Shown here piece after piece: positions 18,358-28,200 of a stretch of 41,546 nt of DNA. The DNA comes from a virus (Duplodnaviria; Heunggongvirae; Uroviricota; Caudoviricetes). Every line of letters starts with the position of its first letter. Position 1 is the stretch's first letter. The notes below the pieces were generated by a model. The model did not search any database. It saw nothing but the letters and a program-made list of their open reading frames with translations, and was not told the DNA's origin. The translations under genes and the position numbers were made by a program. Where the stretch lies: the IMG/VR virus record IMGVR_UViG_2731957818_000004. The stretch is one strand, 5' to 3'.

Positions 18358-21300
18358 TCAGAGCTGCCCCAGCCTTACCCGCAGCACATTGTTGTCGTCA
18401 TACACGTCAATACGCTGACCGGTAATCACAAGACGACCTTGGCCGCCGCTGCTGCCGTTAATCTCCAGAACACCGTTTTTCTCAAACCGCCAGCCGGAAC
18501 GGCCAGAAACAAAGTTAGTCGACTGGAGATCGCCCACTTTGGCATTGGTAATCGTGCCATCCTTGATATAGGCGCCATTCATGTAAGCAATGCTGTTTTC
18601 AACCACGAACGGCGTTGTAACTTTACCGTTCACTGAGTTCACCAATCCAAAACGGTCGGCTTGAACAAGGAATTGAGACAGACCAGTGCTGTCGATCCCC
18701 AGCGCGATGCCGGCAACATACTTCTGCTCGCCGCTGGTGGATGTCTCCATCTTAAGTGTCCAGGCTGTAGAGACCTTTTTATTGGTATCTGCAATAGCTG
18801 TCGCCTGTTGCCTAATCGTTGCAGAGTTACCGTCAACAGAGGCTTTTAGCGTGTCGATACGTGACCCCAACGCCCCATCAGCATTAGCCCTGGCGTTCGC
18901 CTCGGACGTAATCGCTGCATTAATGTCCTGTGCAGTCTGGGCCTTCAGGCTTGTGATCTGCCCGGCCAGCGCCGAATCGGCATCAGTACGAGCTTTAGTC
19001 TCAGTAGCAACCGCTGCTTTGATGTCCTGTGCAGTCTGGGCCTTTAACGTGCTGATCTGGGTTGCCAGTCCGCTATCTGCGTCAGTACGCGCTTTCGTTT
19101 CACTGGCAACTGCCGCCTTAATATCCTCCCCCGTCTGAGCCTTGAGGCTGGTAATTTGTTCGGATAATGCCCCATCCCCTGAAGCTCGTGCGGTCTGCTC
19201 TTCCGTAAGAGCCGCACTAATGTCACCTTCTACCTTCGCCTGCAGTGACGTAATCTGCCTGGAAAGCGATTCATCCGCAGTCGCTCGGGCTTCCTGCTCA
19301 GAAACAATGGCCGCAGAAATATCATCATTGATCTGGGCTTCCAGCTTGGTGATTTGTGTTGTGATCGCCTTATCAGCTTCAACACGAGCTGTCGTCTCTT
19401 CGGTAATAGATGCCCGGATGTCCTCACCAATTTCTGCGCGGATCTCTTCCACTTTGGAGGCCATCGCAGACATATCGTCAGCAAAGGTCTTTTGAGTGGC
19501 GGCGATCTTCGCATTAATGACCATCTGCTTATGCTGGTCTTCGTCCTGTCGCAGTGCGAGGTCGATGTTGGTTTTGACCAACGCCTCGATATTAGTCGTC
19601 ACTTCCGCGCTGGCACGTTCGACTTCGGCAACGGTCTTTTTCATCTCTTCGACAGCGGCTACGCTATCATCGACAGAAGACTTCATCGCCTCGATCTGTT
19701 TGGCGTTCGCCTTGTCACCCTCCACTCTGGCCTCTCGCTCTTCAGCAATTAAGGCAGATGAATTGTCCAGGGCCGCTTGAGCCGCTTCAACCGCGCCGGC
19801 CACTGCTTTGCCCTGTTCAGACACAGTCTCCTGCAATTCAACCAGGGCGGCGTTTGAGTCTTCGACTTGACTCAGCGCCTCGTTAACCTTATCGAGCGTG
19901 CCAGACACCTCTGTTTTCAGGTCATTCTGGGCCTGCTCAAGTCTGTCGCTGGTCTCTGACAGCTTGCCGTCCAGATCGGAAACAGACTGGTCGAGTTCTT
20001 TGAGGCTTTCCTCCATCTGCTTATTGATAGCGTCAACGGCTTCTTGAGAGGCTTTGGTGTCAATTTCCTCCAACAGCTCCTGCCCCAGCTCAGAAGACGT
20101 GATCTTACCTGTCAGGAAAGAAAGCACGTCTTTCGTCATAGCCTCTGTACCCAGATTAGAGTTAGGCGGACTTAACATGCCTCGTTTATTGGCTGCACGT
20201 ACCCAATAGAACCAGGTCTCGCTATCCCCTAAACCCGCATGGGTAAAGGTCGTGCTGGCAGACTCAGCGATCAGCTTGGCTGTGTCCAGATTGTTAGTCT
20301 GTGACGCATACACGTTGATGTGATCGAGGTCAACGGAGTCAGGGTTAACCCAATTCAGGATCACATTGCGATAGTCGCCAACGGCAGTCAGGCCACTCGG
20401 TGCAGATGGCGGCGTCATCGTTCCCAGAACCTTGTAAACGGTGCTGATGACTTCAGTCTTTTTGCCGCTGAACGACACGGCGTAAAGCTGAAAGTCGTAC
20501 TGGCCATTCTCAGCAACGTTGGCGATTTCGTACTGCTCTTCGGTGACGCGCGCAGACTGCCAGTTGGACACATGGTTTTCGTCGGAGCGACGCCAGCTGA
20601 TCCAGTATTCTGGCGACTTGCCCTCCCACGTCGCGATCAACTTCACGGACAGGTTGCCAGGGCTTGAGATGTACGTTCCCTCGGAAATTTGCAGGTTAGA
20701 GGGCTTGGAGTACGTGGGATCGAGCACAGTCGTGTTCTGCGCAATCAGTGTTGCCCCGTTATCTATCGCTTCATACTTGGTCGGGTTGTTTTCTACTGCG
20801 GTAATGTCAAATGACCCGGCAGTATCACCTTGTGCGATGCTGATGATACGCACGCGCATTGGCTCCAGGTCTGGCTCGGTGATCGTCCAGACACCGTTCA
20901 GCACGGGCATTTCATTGGGGGCGAGCGCCTTCGTAAAGGTCACTTTCGTGATGTTCTCGCCAGTTTCCAGAATGTCGCGTTCAACGATTTCCGCATCCTG
21001 ATTCAAGATCCGGATGAAGCTGCCGCTTTTCATGAGCTTGACGGGCGCATCCAGAGTGATGCTGTTCCGGTCGAACGCCATGATACGACCGGAGTTTCGC
21101 TTACCGGCACGATACTTATTTTGAATAAGCACGGTCTCGCCGGGCATCAGGAAGGAAGCATCAAGCCCCGCGGTGAAAGTGATCATGTCGGACTCCATAC
21201 GCGCGGTATAGAGCAGCCAAAGTCCTACACGGTGAGCCTGTCCTCGACTGGTGCATCCGAATGCCACAGACTCGGTCTTACGCTCCCCATAGCGAGCCAT

Positions 21301-22644
21301 CGCTTCCTGATCTTCGACATATTCAACGTTCTGCTTATACCCATCCTCTTTGTTGTTGTAGGTAATCAGCGCAACGGAAGGACGGTCTTTTCGTGCAGAG
21401 CCTTTGTAGGTGAACATGCCGTCTTTGACGTTCGCGTTGGTAAACATCATGACCGGATCTGACGGGCTGTCTTGCATGATGTTCACCATACCGCCAGCCC
21501 AGAAGACCATGCCCCGGAATGCCCCAGCGATGTCCTGAATCAGACGATAGGCGTCCTGACGACTGGTGATCTGCGTATTGATGGCAAAGCGCTTCTCTTT
21601 GCCGCCGAAGCCATCGTTAACTTCTTCGTCGCAATAGCGGCCAATCTGGTACAGCTGGCCGAGGTCGATCATGGATTCCGAGACAAACTGACCCAGGCCA
21701 TAGCGAGTGTTGGTAAGCAGGTCGAAGAGAATCCAGGCTGGGTTTGAGGACGACAGCAGCTTAAAGGTGCCATCCCAGACGCCAACATAGGTATTTGAGG
21801 TCTCGTTGTAATTCGCCGGCACACGGATTTTTAACCCTCTGACCAGATACGAACGTGCTGGCATGGTGCTGCCGAACTGTTCAGAGTTAACTTTCAGGCC
21901 GCAAAGAACCGAGTTCGGGTAGTTCATCGGGGTATCGACAATTTCACCGAGGGAGTCGACCCAGGTATCGTTGAAGAGGTACGACGAGGTGCTGTCATCC
22001 GTCAGTCTGGTTACACGGATTTTGTACGAACGACCTGGCTTCGGCAGCTTCAGCTCGTAGCTGCGGTAGTACACGCCAGACTTTTTAGCAGTCAGCGTGA
22101 TTTCTGCGCTTTTCTCTCCCTCCGGGATCGCATCTCTGAATGTGTCATCGCCATTCGCGATTTGGAACCTGTACTGAACCGTCGTACCGTTGGTATCGCC
22201 AGTTTTTTTGCTGATGCTACGAAGCGACGGGAACTTCATGATGACACGAACCCGGTCGGCATCATCGTTGTCGATGGCCACAGTAACAGGGTGCGTTCTC
22301 TTCAGCTGGATGTTGACTGATTTCGGCGTTTCGACGAAGTCGAACCCGGCCATTGGAGTCTGGTCTTGCGAGCCGTCGCGGAACTCCCAGGTAATCCCGC
22401 TGAAGTTTGAGGAGCCGTCCTCGTTGATAATCGGCAGGTTATCGATGAAGATCGATTTTGCGCCGTCCACAAGCCCGCCGATGACACCTTCCCCGAGCAG
22501 ATCGAGGATGGATGCCATCGCACGCGAATTAACGGTGTCATTGGCTTCAACTGGTGTGCGGCTGGAGCCACCGCCTTTCTTCTTACCACCCGCCCCGGCA
22601 ATCAGGAGCGGCAATTTTTTCTTCTTGAACTGATCCATGTTCAA
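18358..22644 (-). CDS. Tail tip / host-specificity protein J, ~1426-1428 aa
   Basis: Lambda J-like N-terminus (DLLGEG, SNPAW, QDSP, GCTSRGQAHR), FN3 domains, coiled-coil repeats, DUF1983-like C-terminus. Confidence 0.93.
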   Translation of the reverse strand: MNMDQFKKKKLPLLIAGAGGKKKGGGSSRTPVEANDTVNSRAMASILDLLGEGVIGGLVDGAKSIFIDNLPIINEDGSSNFSGITWEFRDGSQDQTPMAGFDFVETPKSVNIQLKRTHPVTVAIDNDDADRVRVIMKFPSLRSISKKTGDTNGTTVQYRFQIANGDDTFRDAIPEGEKSAEITLTAKKSGVYYRSYELKLPKPGRSYKIRVTRLTDDSTSSYLFNDTWVDSLGEIVDTPMNYPNSVLCGLKVNSEQFGSTMPARSYLVRGLKIRVPANYNETSNTYVGVWDGTFKLLSSSNPAWILFDLLTNTRYGLGQFVSESMIDLGQLYQIGRYCDEEVNDGFGGKEKRFAINTQITSRQDAYRLIQDIAGAFRGMVFWAGGMVNIMQDSPSDPVMMFTNANVKDGMFTYKGSARKDRPSVALITYNNKEDGYKQNVEYVEDQEAMARYGERKTESVAFGCTSRGQAHRVGLWLLYTARMESDMITFTAGLDASFLMPGETVLIQNKYRAGKRNSGRIMAFDRNSITLDAPVKLMKSGSFIRILNQDAEIVERDILETGENITKVTFTKALAPNEMPVLNGVWTITEPDLEPMRVRIISIAQGDTAGSFDITAVENNPTKYEAIDNGATLIAQNTTVLDPTYSKPSNLQISEGTYISSPGNLSVKLIATWEGKSPEYWISWRRSDENHVSNWQSARVTEEQYEIANVAENGQYDFQLYAVSFSGKKTEVISTVYKVLGTMTPPSAPSGLTAVGDYRNVILNWVNPDSVDLDHINVYASQTNNLDTAKLIAESASTTFTHAGLGDSETWFYWVRAANKRGMLSPPNSNLGTEAMTKDVLSFLTGKITSSELGQELLEEIDTKASQEAVDAINKQMEESLKELDQSVSDLDGKLSETSDRLEQAQNDLKTEVSGTLDKVNEALSQVEDSNAALVELQETVSEQGKAVAGAVEAAQAALDNSSALIAEEREARVEGDKANAKQIEAMKSSVDDSVAAVEEMKKTVAEVERASAEVTTNIEALVKTNIDLALRQDEDQHKQMVINAKIAATQKTFADDMSAMASKVEEIRAEIGEDIRASITEETTARVEADKAITTQITKLEAQINDDISAAIVSEQEARATADESLSRQITSLQAKVEGDISAALTEEQTARASGDGALSEQITSLKAQTGEDIKAAVASETKARTDADSGLATQISTLKAQTAQDIKAAVATETKARTDADSALAGQITSLKAQTAQDINAAITSEANARANADGALGSRIDTLKASVDGNSATIRQQATAIADTNKKVSTAWTLKMETSTSGEQKYVAGIALGIDSTGLSQFLVQADRFGLVNSVNGKVTTPFVVENSIAYMNGAYIKDGTITNAKVGDLQSTNFVSGRSGWRFEKNGVLEINGSSGGQGRLVITGQRIDVYDDNNVLRVRLGQL
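18826..19419 (-). repeat. Six 99-bp (33-aa) repeats in J
   Basis: IxAxxxxExxARxxxDxxxxxxIxxL units start at 19419, 19320, 19221, 19122, 19023 and 18924. Confidence 0.85.
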
Positions 22645-22658
22645 AAATTCCCTTGTGA

Positions 22659-23270
22659 TTAAATTTGGTCGATGGTGATGGAGGAACTCACGACCTGCGA
22701 ACCAACCAACACTTCTTCTCCGTAAATAAGCTGTACCGGGTTGCCCTGGTTTGTTGTGTTCTGCGGTCCATCGAAATAGAACGATTCGGTGTTATCCGCC
22801 TGCCTCACAGAGCTGTTTGCAGCCTGTGGCGAAAGCAGCATGGAAATACCCCCCATCATTAGCGACAGACCACCAGCCACTAACGCCGACGCCGCGCCGC
22901 CAGTCACAACGGAAGTGAATGCGCCCACTACAACCATTGCAGCCCCGACAAGCGTCTGAAACCACCCGAAGCCGGAGCCACCGCTACCGCGGGGAACGGG
23001 GGTAATGCGGATTCTGGAGATGTTGTCCGACTCGCCCATCATCTGGTATTCAGTCTCGTCCATTGACCACTTATGACCCTGCTTATTGGTGATCTGAATG
23101 TGGTATTTGTCGTAGGTGTTCATGTTGCGCTTAATCCACGCTTTGAAACCTGGGCGGTTCGCCTCAATCAGATCAATGGCCTGTTTGGTATTGCGTACCT
23201 TCAGATGCCAGTGGCGGCCAAAGTGCTTCGCCATAGCGCCGCCAAGTTGCACATGCACTAACTCAGACAC
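22659..23270 (-). CDS. Tail assembly protein I, 203 aa
   Basis: Ubiquitin-like N-terminus, Gly/Ala hydrophobic middle, PVQLIYGE..VGSQVVS C-terminus. Confidence 0.9.
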   Translation of the reverse strand: MSELVHVQLGGAMAKHFGRHWHLKVRNTKQAIDLIEANRPGFKAWIKRNMNTYDKYHIQITNKQGHKWSMDETEYQMMGESDNISRIRITPVPRGSGGSGFGWFQTLVGAAMVVVGAFTSVVTGGAASALVAGGLSLMMGGISMLLSPQAANSSVRQADNTESFYFDGPQNTTNQGNPVQLIYGEEVLVGSQVVSSSITIDQI

Positions 23271-24055
23271 GTCTCATCTCCCTTGAGTAAGTCTCTGTGA
23301 CGCAAATGATGCGTCGTGTGTTTTTGGTACATGCCGCCGTAATAGGTACGGCAGCTCAGACGGTCGATCTGGTGATGCAAAATCATGCCGTCACCGATGT
23401 AGACCGCGCAGTGGTCGGGCATTTTTCCGTACTGGATGAAGAAGATATCGCCTCGCTGCGGCTCCGTGCCGGGGGCAAGGCGAACCAACCCCTCATTGCG
23501 GTAGTTCTGGTCGAGAATATCGTCGTCACCGGTATACCAGGATGGGATATGCAGGTGCGCATTGGCGTTCAGCTCAACGTTAAACTCGCGCTTAAGGTAA
23601 TCGCGGCAAAGCATCCAGCAGTCGAATACACCGAACACATAGGGGCGCCCCAGATAGGGCATTTCAAATCCCTCCGGGGTGATTACGTTCATTTCACTAA
23701 AGTGATATGGCGCTTCGGCATCCACACTCTTTCGAATCGCGAGGATCAGCCACGGAACCTCTGTTGCCTCACACCCGGCGCGATCTGCATCGGACGCTTC
23801 CGCAGACTGGTCAACATGAGAGTGCCAGATGGCGACCACCTCTCCGGCATCCTCGGCCGCGATGATGTCTTCGGCGTGCATGACAAACGTATTCCGCGGG
23901 TCTTCCGACACGTTTCTCGCTTCCATGAAGCGATACTTTTCGCCACGGGTACGCACCAGAAAGCCACACGCTTCATTTGGGTAGCGATTGATGGCGCAGA
24001 GATAGATTTGCTGCATCACGTCAGAAGACAGCGCAGGGAGCGATTTATGACTCAT
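23258..24055 (-). CDS. Tail assembly protein K (JAB + NlpC/P60), ~265 aa (start 24055)
   Basis: PNEACG, WHSH...S..D JAB motif; FDCW, DHCAVY, HH NlpC motifs. Confidence 0.9.
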   Translation of the reverse strand: MSHKSLPALSSDVMQQIYLCAINRYPNEACGFLVRTRGEKYRFMEARNVSEDPRNTFVMHAEDIIAAEDAGEVVAIWHSHVDQSAEASDADRAGCEATEVPWLILAIRKSVDAEAPYHFSEMNVITPEGFEMPYLGRPYVFGVFDCWMLCRDYLKREFNVELNANAHLHIPSWYTGDDDILDQNYRNEGLVRLAPGTEPQRGDIFFIQYGKMPDHCAVYIGDGMILHHQIDRLSCRTYYGGMYQKHTTHHLRHRDLLKGDETCLS

Positions 24056-24746
24056 AGCGCGTCGCCCCGATAAACCCGCCAAAGTGAATAACGCCATTGG
24101 CGAAAAAGTTCTTTCTGGCTTTGCAGGCGTCATAGCGCTTGGTGCAGTAATCCGCGGCGGCAAGCGTTGTCTGCCTGTTGTTCTTGTCAAAATAGGGGCC
24201 GGTGTAGCCACACTCTGCGCCGCGATATTTCCACGGGCAGGTGTTTTTGATGATCTGCCGGTACGGCAGCTGCACCCCCATCAGGTCGAACACGCTGGAC
24301 AGCTCGAACTCGACAACCTGGTGTGTCTCCAGCGTCTTCTGTTCGATAAACCACATTTCATCCGGGAAATGCTGGTTCGGATCTGCTGTAGGGTTTCCAT
24401 CTTCGAAATTGGCGGCATCGAGAAAACGCGCGAGAGTCAGTTTTCGCGTGATTTTGCACCCAACCAGATCGTCATTCGCCTGAACTTCAGCAGAGACCGT
24501 GCCGCCAAAGTTCGAAACCTGAATTTTTGGACGCGGCAGCGTTCCCTGACCTGATTTGTCAAAACCAGATGCGACAATTGGCCACGGCTCGTAACTGATC
24601 CCCTGCCATATGATTGGCTGGCTCAGTTCATTGGTGCCGGCATGAAAATATCGCTTGCCTCCGGACGTCGTGTTGGACATATCCAGCACGAACAGCTCAA
24701 TGAGCGCAGAGGGCGACAAGCTCTGAATATCTGCTTTAATACCCAT
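24045..24746 (-). CDS. Minor tail protein L, 233 aa
   Basis: IELF.LD, CPWKYRGAECGY, C..C, FGGF Cys-cluster motifs. Confidence 0.93.
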   Translation of the reverse strand: MGIKADIQSLSPSALIELFVLDMSNTTSGGKRYFHAGTNELSQPIIWQGISYEPWPIVASGFDKSGQGTLPRPKIQVSNFGGTVSAEVQANDDLVGCKITRKLTLARFLDAANFEDGNPTADPNQHFPDEMWFIEQKTLETHQVVEFELSSVFDLMGVQLPYRQIIKNTCPWKYRGAECGYTGPYFDKNNRQTTLAAADYCTKRYDACKARKNFFANGVIHFGGFIGATRYES

Positions 24747-24801
24747 GATTTCATCCTTGAAACAACGAGCGCCAACATCCTGTCAGCGCCCCTTAATAAT
24801 A

Positions 24802-24821
24802 GTAAATAAGTGCTTACTTAT
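24802..24821. promoter_or_regulatory. Motif A site
   Basis: GTAAATA-AGTGCT-TACTTAT between M and L. Confidence 0.55.
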
Positions 24822-24834
24822 CCAGCAAGAGAAA

Positions 24835-25170
24835 CTAAGCCTCGAACACTTGCCGGAAGGTTGCGGTCAACACCTGATAGCCCTCGTAGCGTTTAACGGT
24901 ATGGCTGTCGCAGACCACCACGATCTTCTTCCCTCGCGGGTTCGTCCAGTAAAAGGACTCAACCGCGCCGCGCTCGGTGAGGAAGTCGTCTACGGCATTG
25001 ATGATGTCGTAGGAGCGTGTAAAGGTCAGAGACCACTCTTCTTTAATGCGATTAAGCCCCTGCGACTGGCGCTGCTCATAGTCATCGCCGTAGCTCAGGA
25101 TCGTTACATTGGGCTTAACCGTTTTCTCGGACTCATAATCCGGATACCAGGTAAAAGTTTTCCTTGTCAT
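24835..25170 (-). CDS. Minor tail protein M (distal tail), 111 aa
   Basis: FTW.P, YGDDYEQR..GLN, FYWTNP, TFRQVF. Confidence 0.92.
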   Translation of the reverse strand: MTRKTFTWYPDYESEKTVKPNVTILSYGDDYEQRQSQGLNRIKEEWSLTFTRSYDIINAVDDFLTERGAVESFYWTNPRGKKIVVVCDSHTVKRYEGYQVLTATFRQVFEA

Positions 25171-25213
25171 CTCACATCCTTGTGATGGCCGCCCCGAAGA
25201 GCGGCCGGGTTAA

Positions 25214-28200
25214 TCACCCTCGCGCGGTATACTTGTTGAGTGAACCGCCCGAGCGTTTCTCCTGCGCGATGGTGTCGAGCACAATCGCTTTTATCTGCTT
25301 GGCTGCGCCAGTCCACGCGCCTTTTTCGTCGCCAGAGCTGCTCTCGGAACCGCCCTCTTTCGTGACGTTGATGCTGATGGATACCGGCGCCATGACTTTG
25401 CCTCCGCCCACATCACCAGACAGCGTCACCGGAATGGTCTTGCCGTCCGGAAGCGGGACGTAGGCCTCGTTCATAGAACCTTCCCCGAACAACGCCAGTT
25501 GCGGCGAGGTTGCGATACCCCCCGTCTGGTATGCGCGCAACGGGACCGCGCCGTTCTTGCCGAAAATGCCGCCATTTGCGTGCGCTTTCACGTTCGCCGA
25601 GGAAGAAGAGCCAGCCCAGGCAGCAACCGCAGTACTCGCCAGAGACATACCGAAGTTCAACCAGCGACTTGAAGAGCTGGAAGAGTTCGCGCCAATCATT
25701 GCGAACGTGGCAGCCAGCCCGGAAGCCACCGTAGAAAGGTTGCTCATGCTGAGGATGCTGCTGTTCACCGCCTTAGTCTGGTCTTTGGTCGCGTCGGTGC
25801 CGGTAAACAGGGATTTTGTCCAGTCCCAGACACCAGATACAGCCTGGCTTAAGCCATTTGCTGCGTTCTGGGATGCCTGCCCCATTGAGTCGACCCCGGA
25901 GGCTGTCTCTTTGGTGGCTTCGCCTACCGTCTTATCGCCGTTTGCCACCGCGCCGCCTGCGGAACCAAGCGAAACCCCCTGATTGGCAATTGCAGAAGCG
26001 ACACCGTTCATCAGGTTTCCACTCTGGCCATTGCCTGCTGCCGTCGTTCCCATCCCCAACATATTCATAAGAGGCAAGGTAATTTGCGTCTTCACGACCA
26101 TGTTGGTGATATCCCGGAGGATAGATTCTGCCAGGCTGGAGAAGTCCAGTTTCCCCTTCATGACAAAGTCAGTCAGCGTCTCGGTCAGGTTGCTAAAGAG
26201 GTTGCTCCAGCTGTTTTCGATCTGCTCGGCCAGATTCTCAAACTCCAGCGCCATCTTCTGCGTCGCCGTACCGGTCTCTTTAATGAGCGCGGTATTGCCC
26301 GCAGCAACAAGCCGTTTGATTTGCTTGTTATAGAGCGCCACAATTTTCGGATCTGAGGCCTTGTCCCGCAGCTCCATCAGTGCCTTGAGATTGCGGTTGT
26401 ACGTGTCGTTAAACTCCGCCACCCGCTCTTCACGAGACTGCGTGTAGCCAGCGTTGATGATTGAGCTGGATTCGGGCGCCCAGGTGGAGATCATCTGCTC
26501 GACGTTGCGACGGTTAAACATCTCGCGATATTCGGCACTCGCACCAGCCAGATCTGCCAGCCGGGCTTTGGCCTTGTCGATCATCTCCTGAGTAATGAAC
26601 TCATTCGGAACAGCGTTGGCCAGGTCAGTCAGCGATTTGGTCGTATCGCGAAGAGACTGGTCAAACGAGACCGTAGCCTTTGAGCTTTCACCCATCTGCC
26701 CCATCAGCTGATCGGCTTTATCTAGGGCTTTCTGGTAGCCGGCCGCCAGCTTACGCTGCGCATTTTCTTCCTTCCTCGCGGCACGCTGAGAAGCATTGGC
26801 AGTACGCTGCCCGGCTTTTTCCGCTGCTGCGGCATCCTGCTCACGCGCTTTGGTCAGTGCGGCTATGGCGGCTGCACGCTCCTTCTCGCTCATCTTTTCC
26901 AGAGAAGATGCGGTTGAGGCTTTCTGCAGGTTAAGCTGAGTTTTAAGCTGCTTCGGCCCAATGATAGGTTTTCCTTCAAAATCCATCATTGGTGTGCCAT
27001 CAGGCAGCGTGCGTTGGTAAACCGCAGAGTCCATCTGGTTGCGCATGTACTGCGCGAGCGCTTTATCAGCGCCTTTGTCGCTGGTGCCCAACCCAAGCAC
27101 TGTTCCCTGGTTGGTCTTCACGCCCTTCCCGGTTTTCGCCGCGTTATCGCGTTCAAACTCAGCCTGTGTCAGTTCCTGAGCAACAGTTTCAAGATGTTCC
27201 TGATAGCCACGAATACTGCCCTGCAGCTTCTGTACCTGTTCTGTGTTTCCTTCTTTTTTTGCCTTTTCCAGCAGATCGCTGAAGTGTGCGATCTGCTTTT
27301 CAGTTGCGGTCTTGCGCGATGATAAAGACTCAACCAACTTTTGGGCTGGCTTCAGGTAGGAGTTGTTTACCGTCTCACGGAGCGGCGCGAGCAGTTTGTT
27401 TTTCTCGTCATCGGACAGCGATTTGTCGTCAGTGATTTTCTGGATCTTCTCCAGTGCTTCCTGACGCGCTTTCACAAACGAGGCTGAGAAAACCTGGTTG
27501 TCGGCGCGGATTTTCTCAATCTGCGTTTCGGCAGCTTCTTTAGCCTGCCGCTTGGCGACCGCCGCATCCCCCATCGAGATGGCTCCGCCCAGACGCTCGC
27601 GTTCGGCGAGCAGGTCTTTAAGCTCGGACTCCACCTTCTGCCGATCTACTTTGACGGTGGTGCCAGCCATACCGGGGCCATAAATCACCTTTTCGCCAGA
27701 GTTGAGTTCCTGCTGCTTCTGGGAAATCTGACGATCGAGGCGCTCTTTGTACTCAACCATCTGCGCGCGCTTGGCGGCCGTCATCGCTTCCGGGATTTTG
27801 CGGATCTCGTCAACGACTTTGGACGTCTCGCTGCGGAGCATGGTCATGTACGTTATCAGCCCAGCGATGGCGACAGTGGCCACGGTAAACGCTGCGCCAA
27901 TCGGGTTTGCTGCCATGAACGCAGTCAGACCAGCAAACGCCCCCTGAAGCCCCGCTATCGCGCCTCGAATAGAGAAGATCAGCGATGGTATCGGCCCCAG
28001 CCCCATCCGCGCAGCGCGATTAAAACGCGTCACTGCGGTCGCACCCATGTTGAACGGCGCCTGTATCGCGGTGGACATCTTCGCAAACGCATTGACCATC
28101 TCGCCCGCAGTGCCAACCACACCCATGATGCCAGCGCGCATTATTTTAAACGCCACCATTGCTGCGACCGCTTCGCCCAGGCTGATGACTAACTCCTGAT

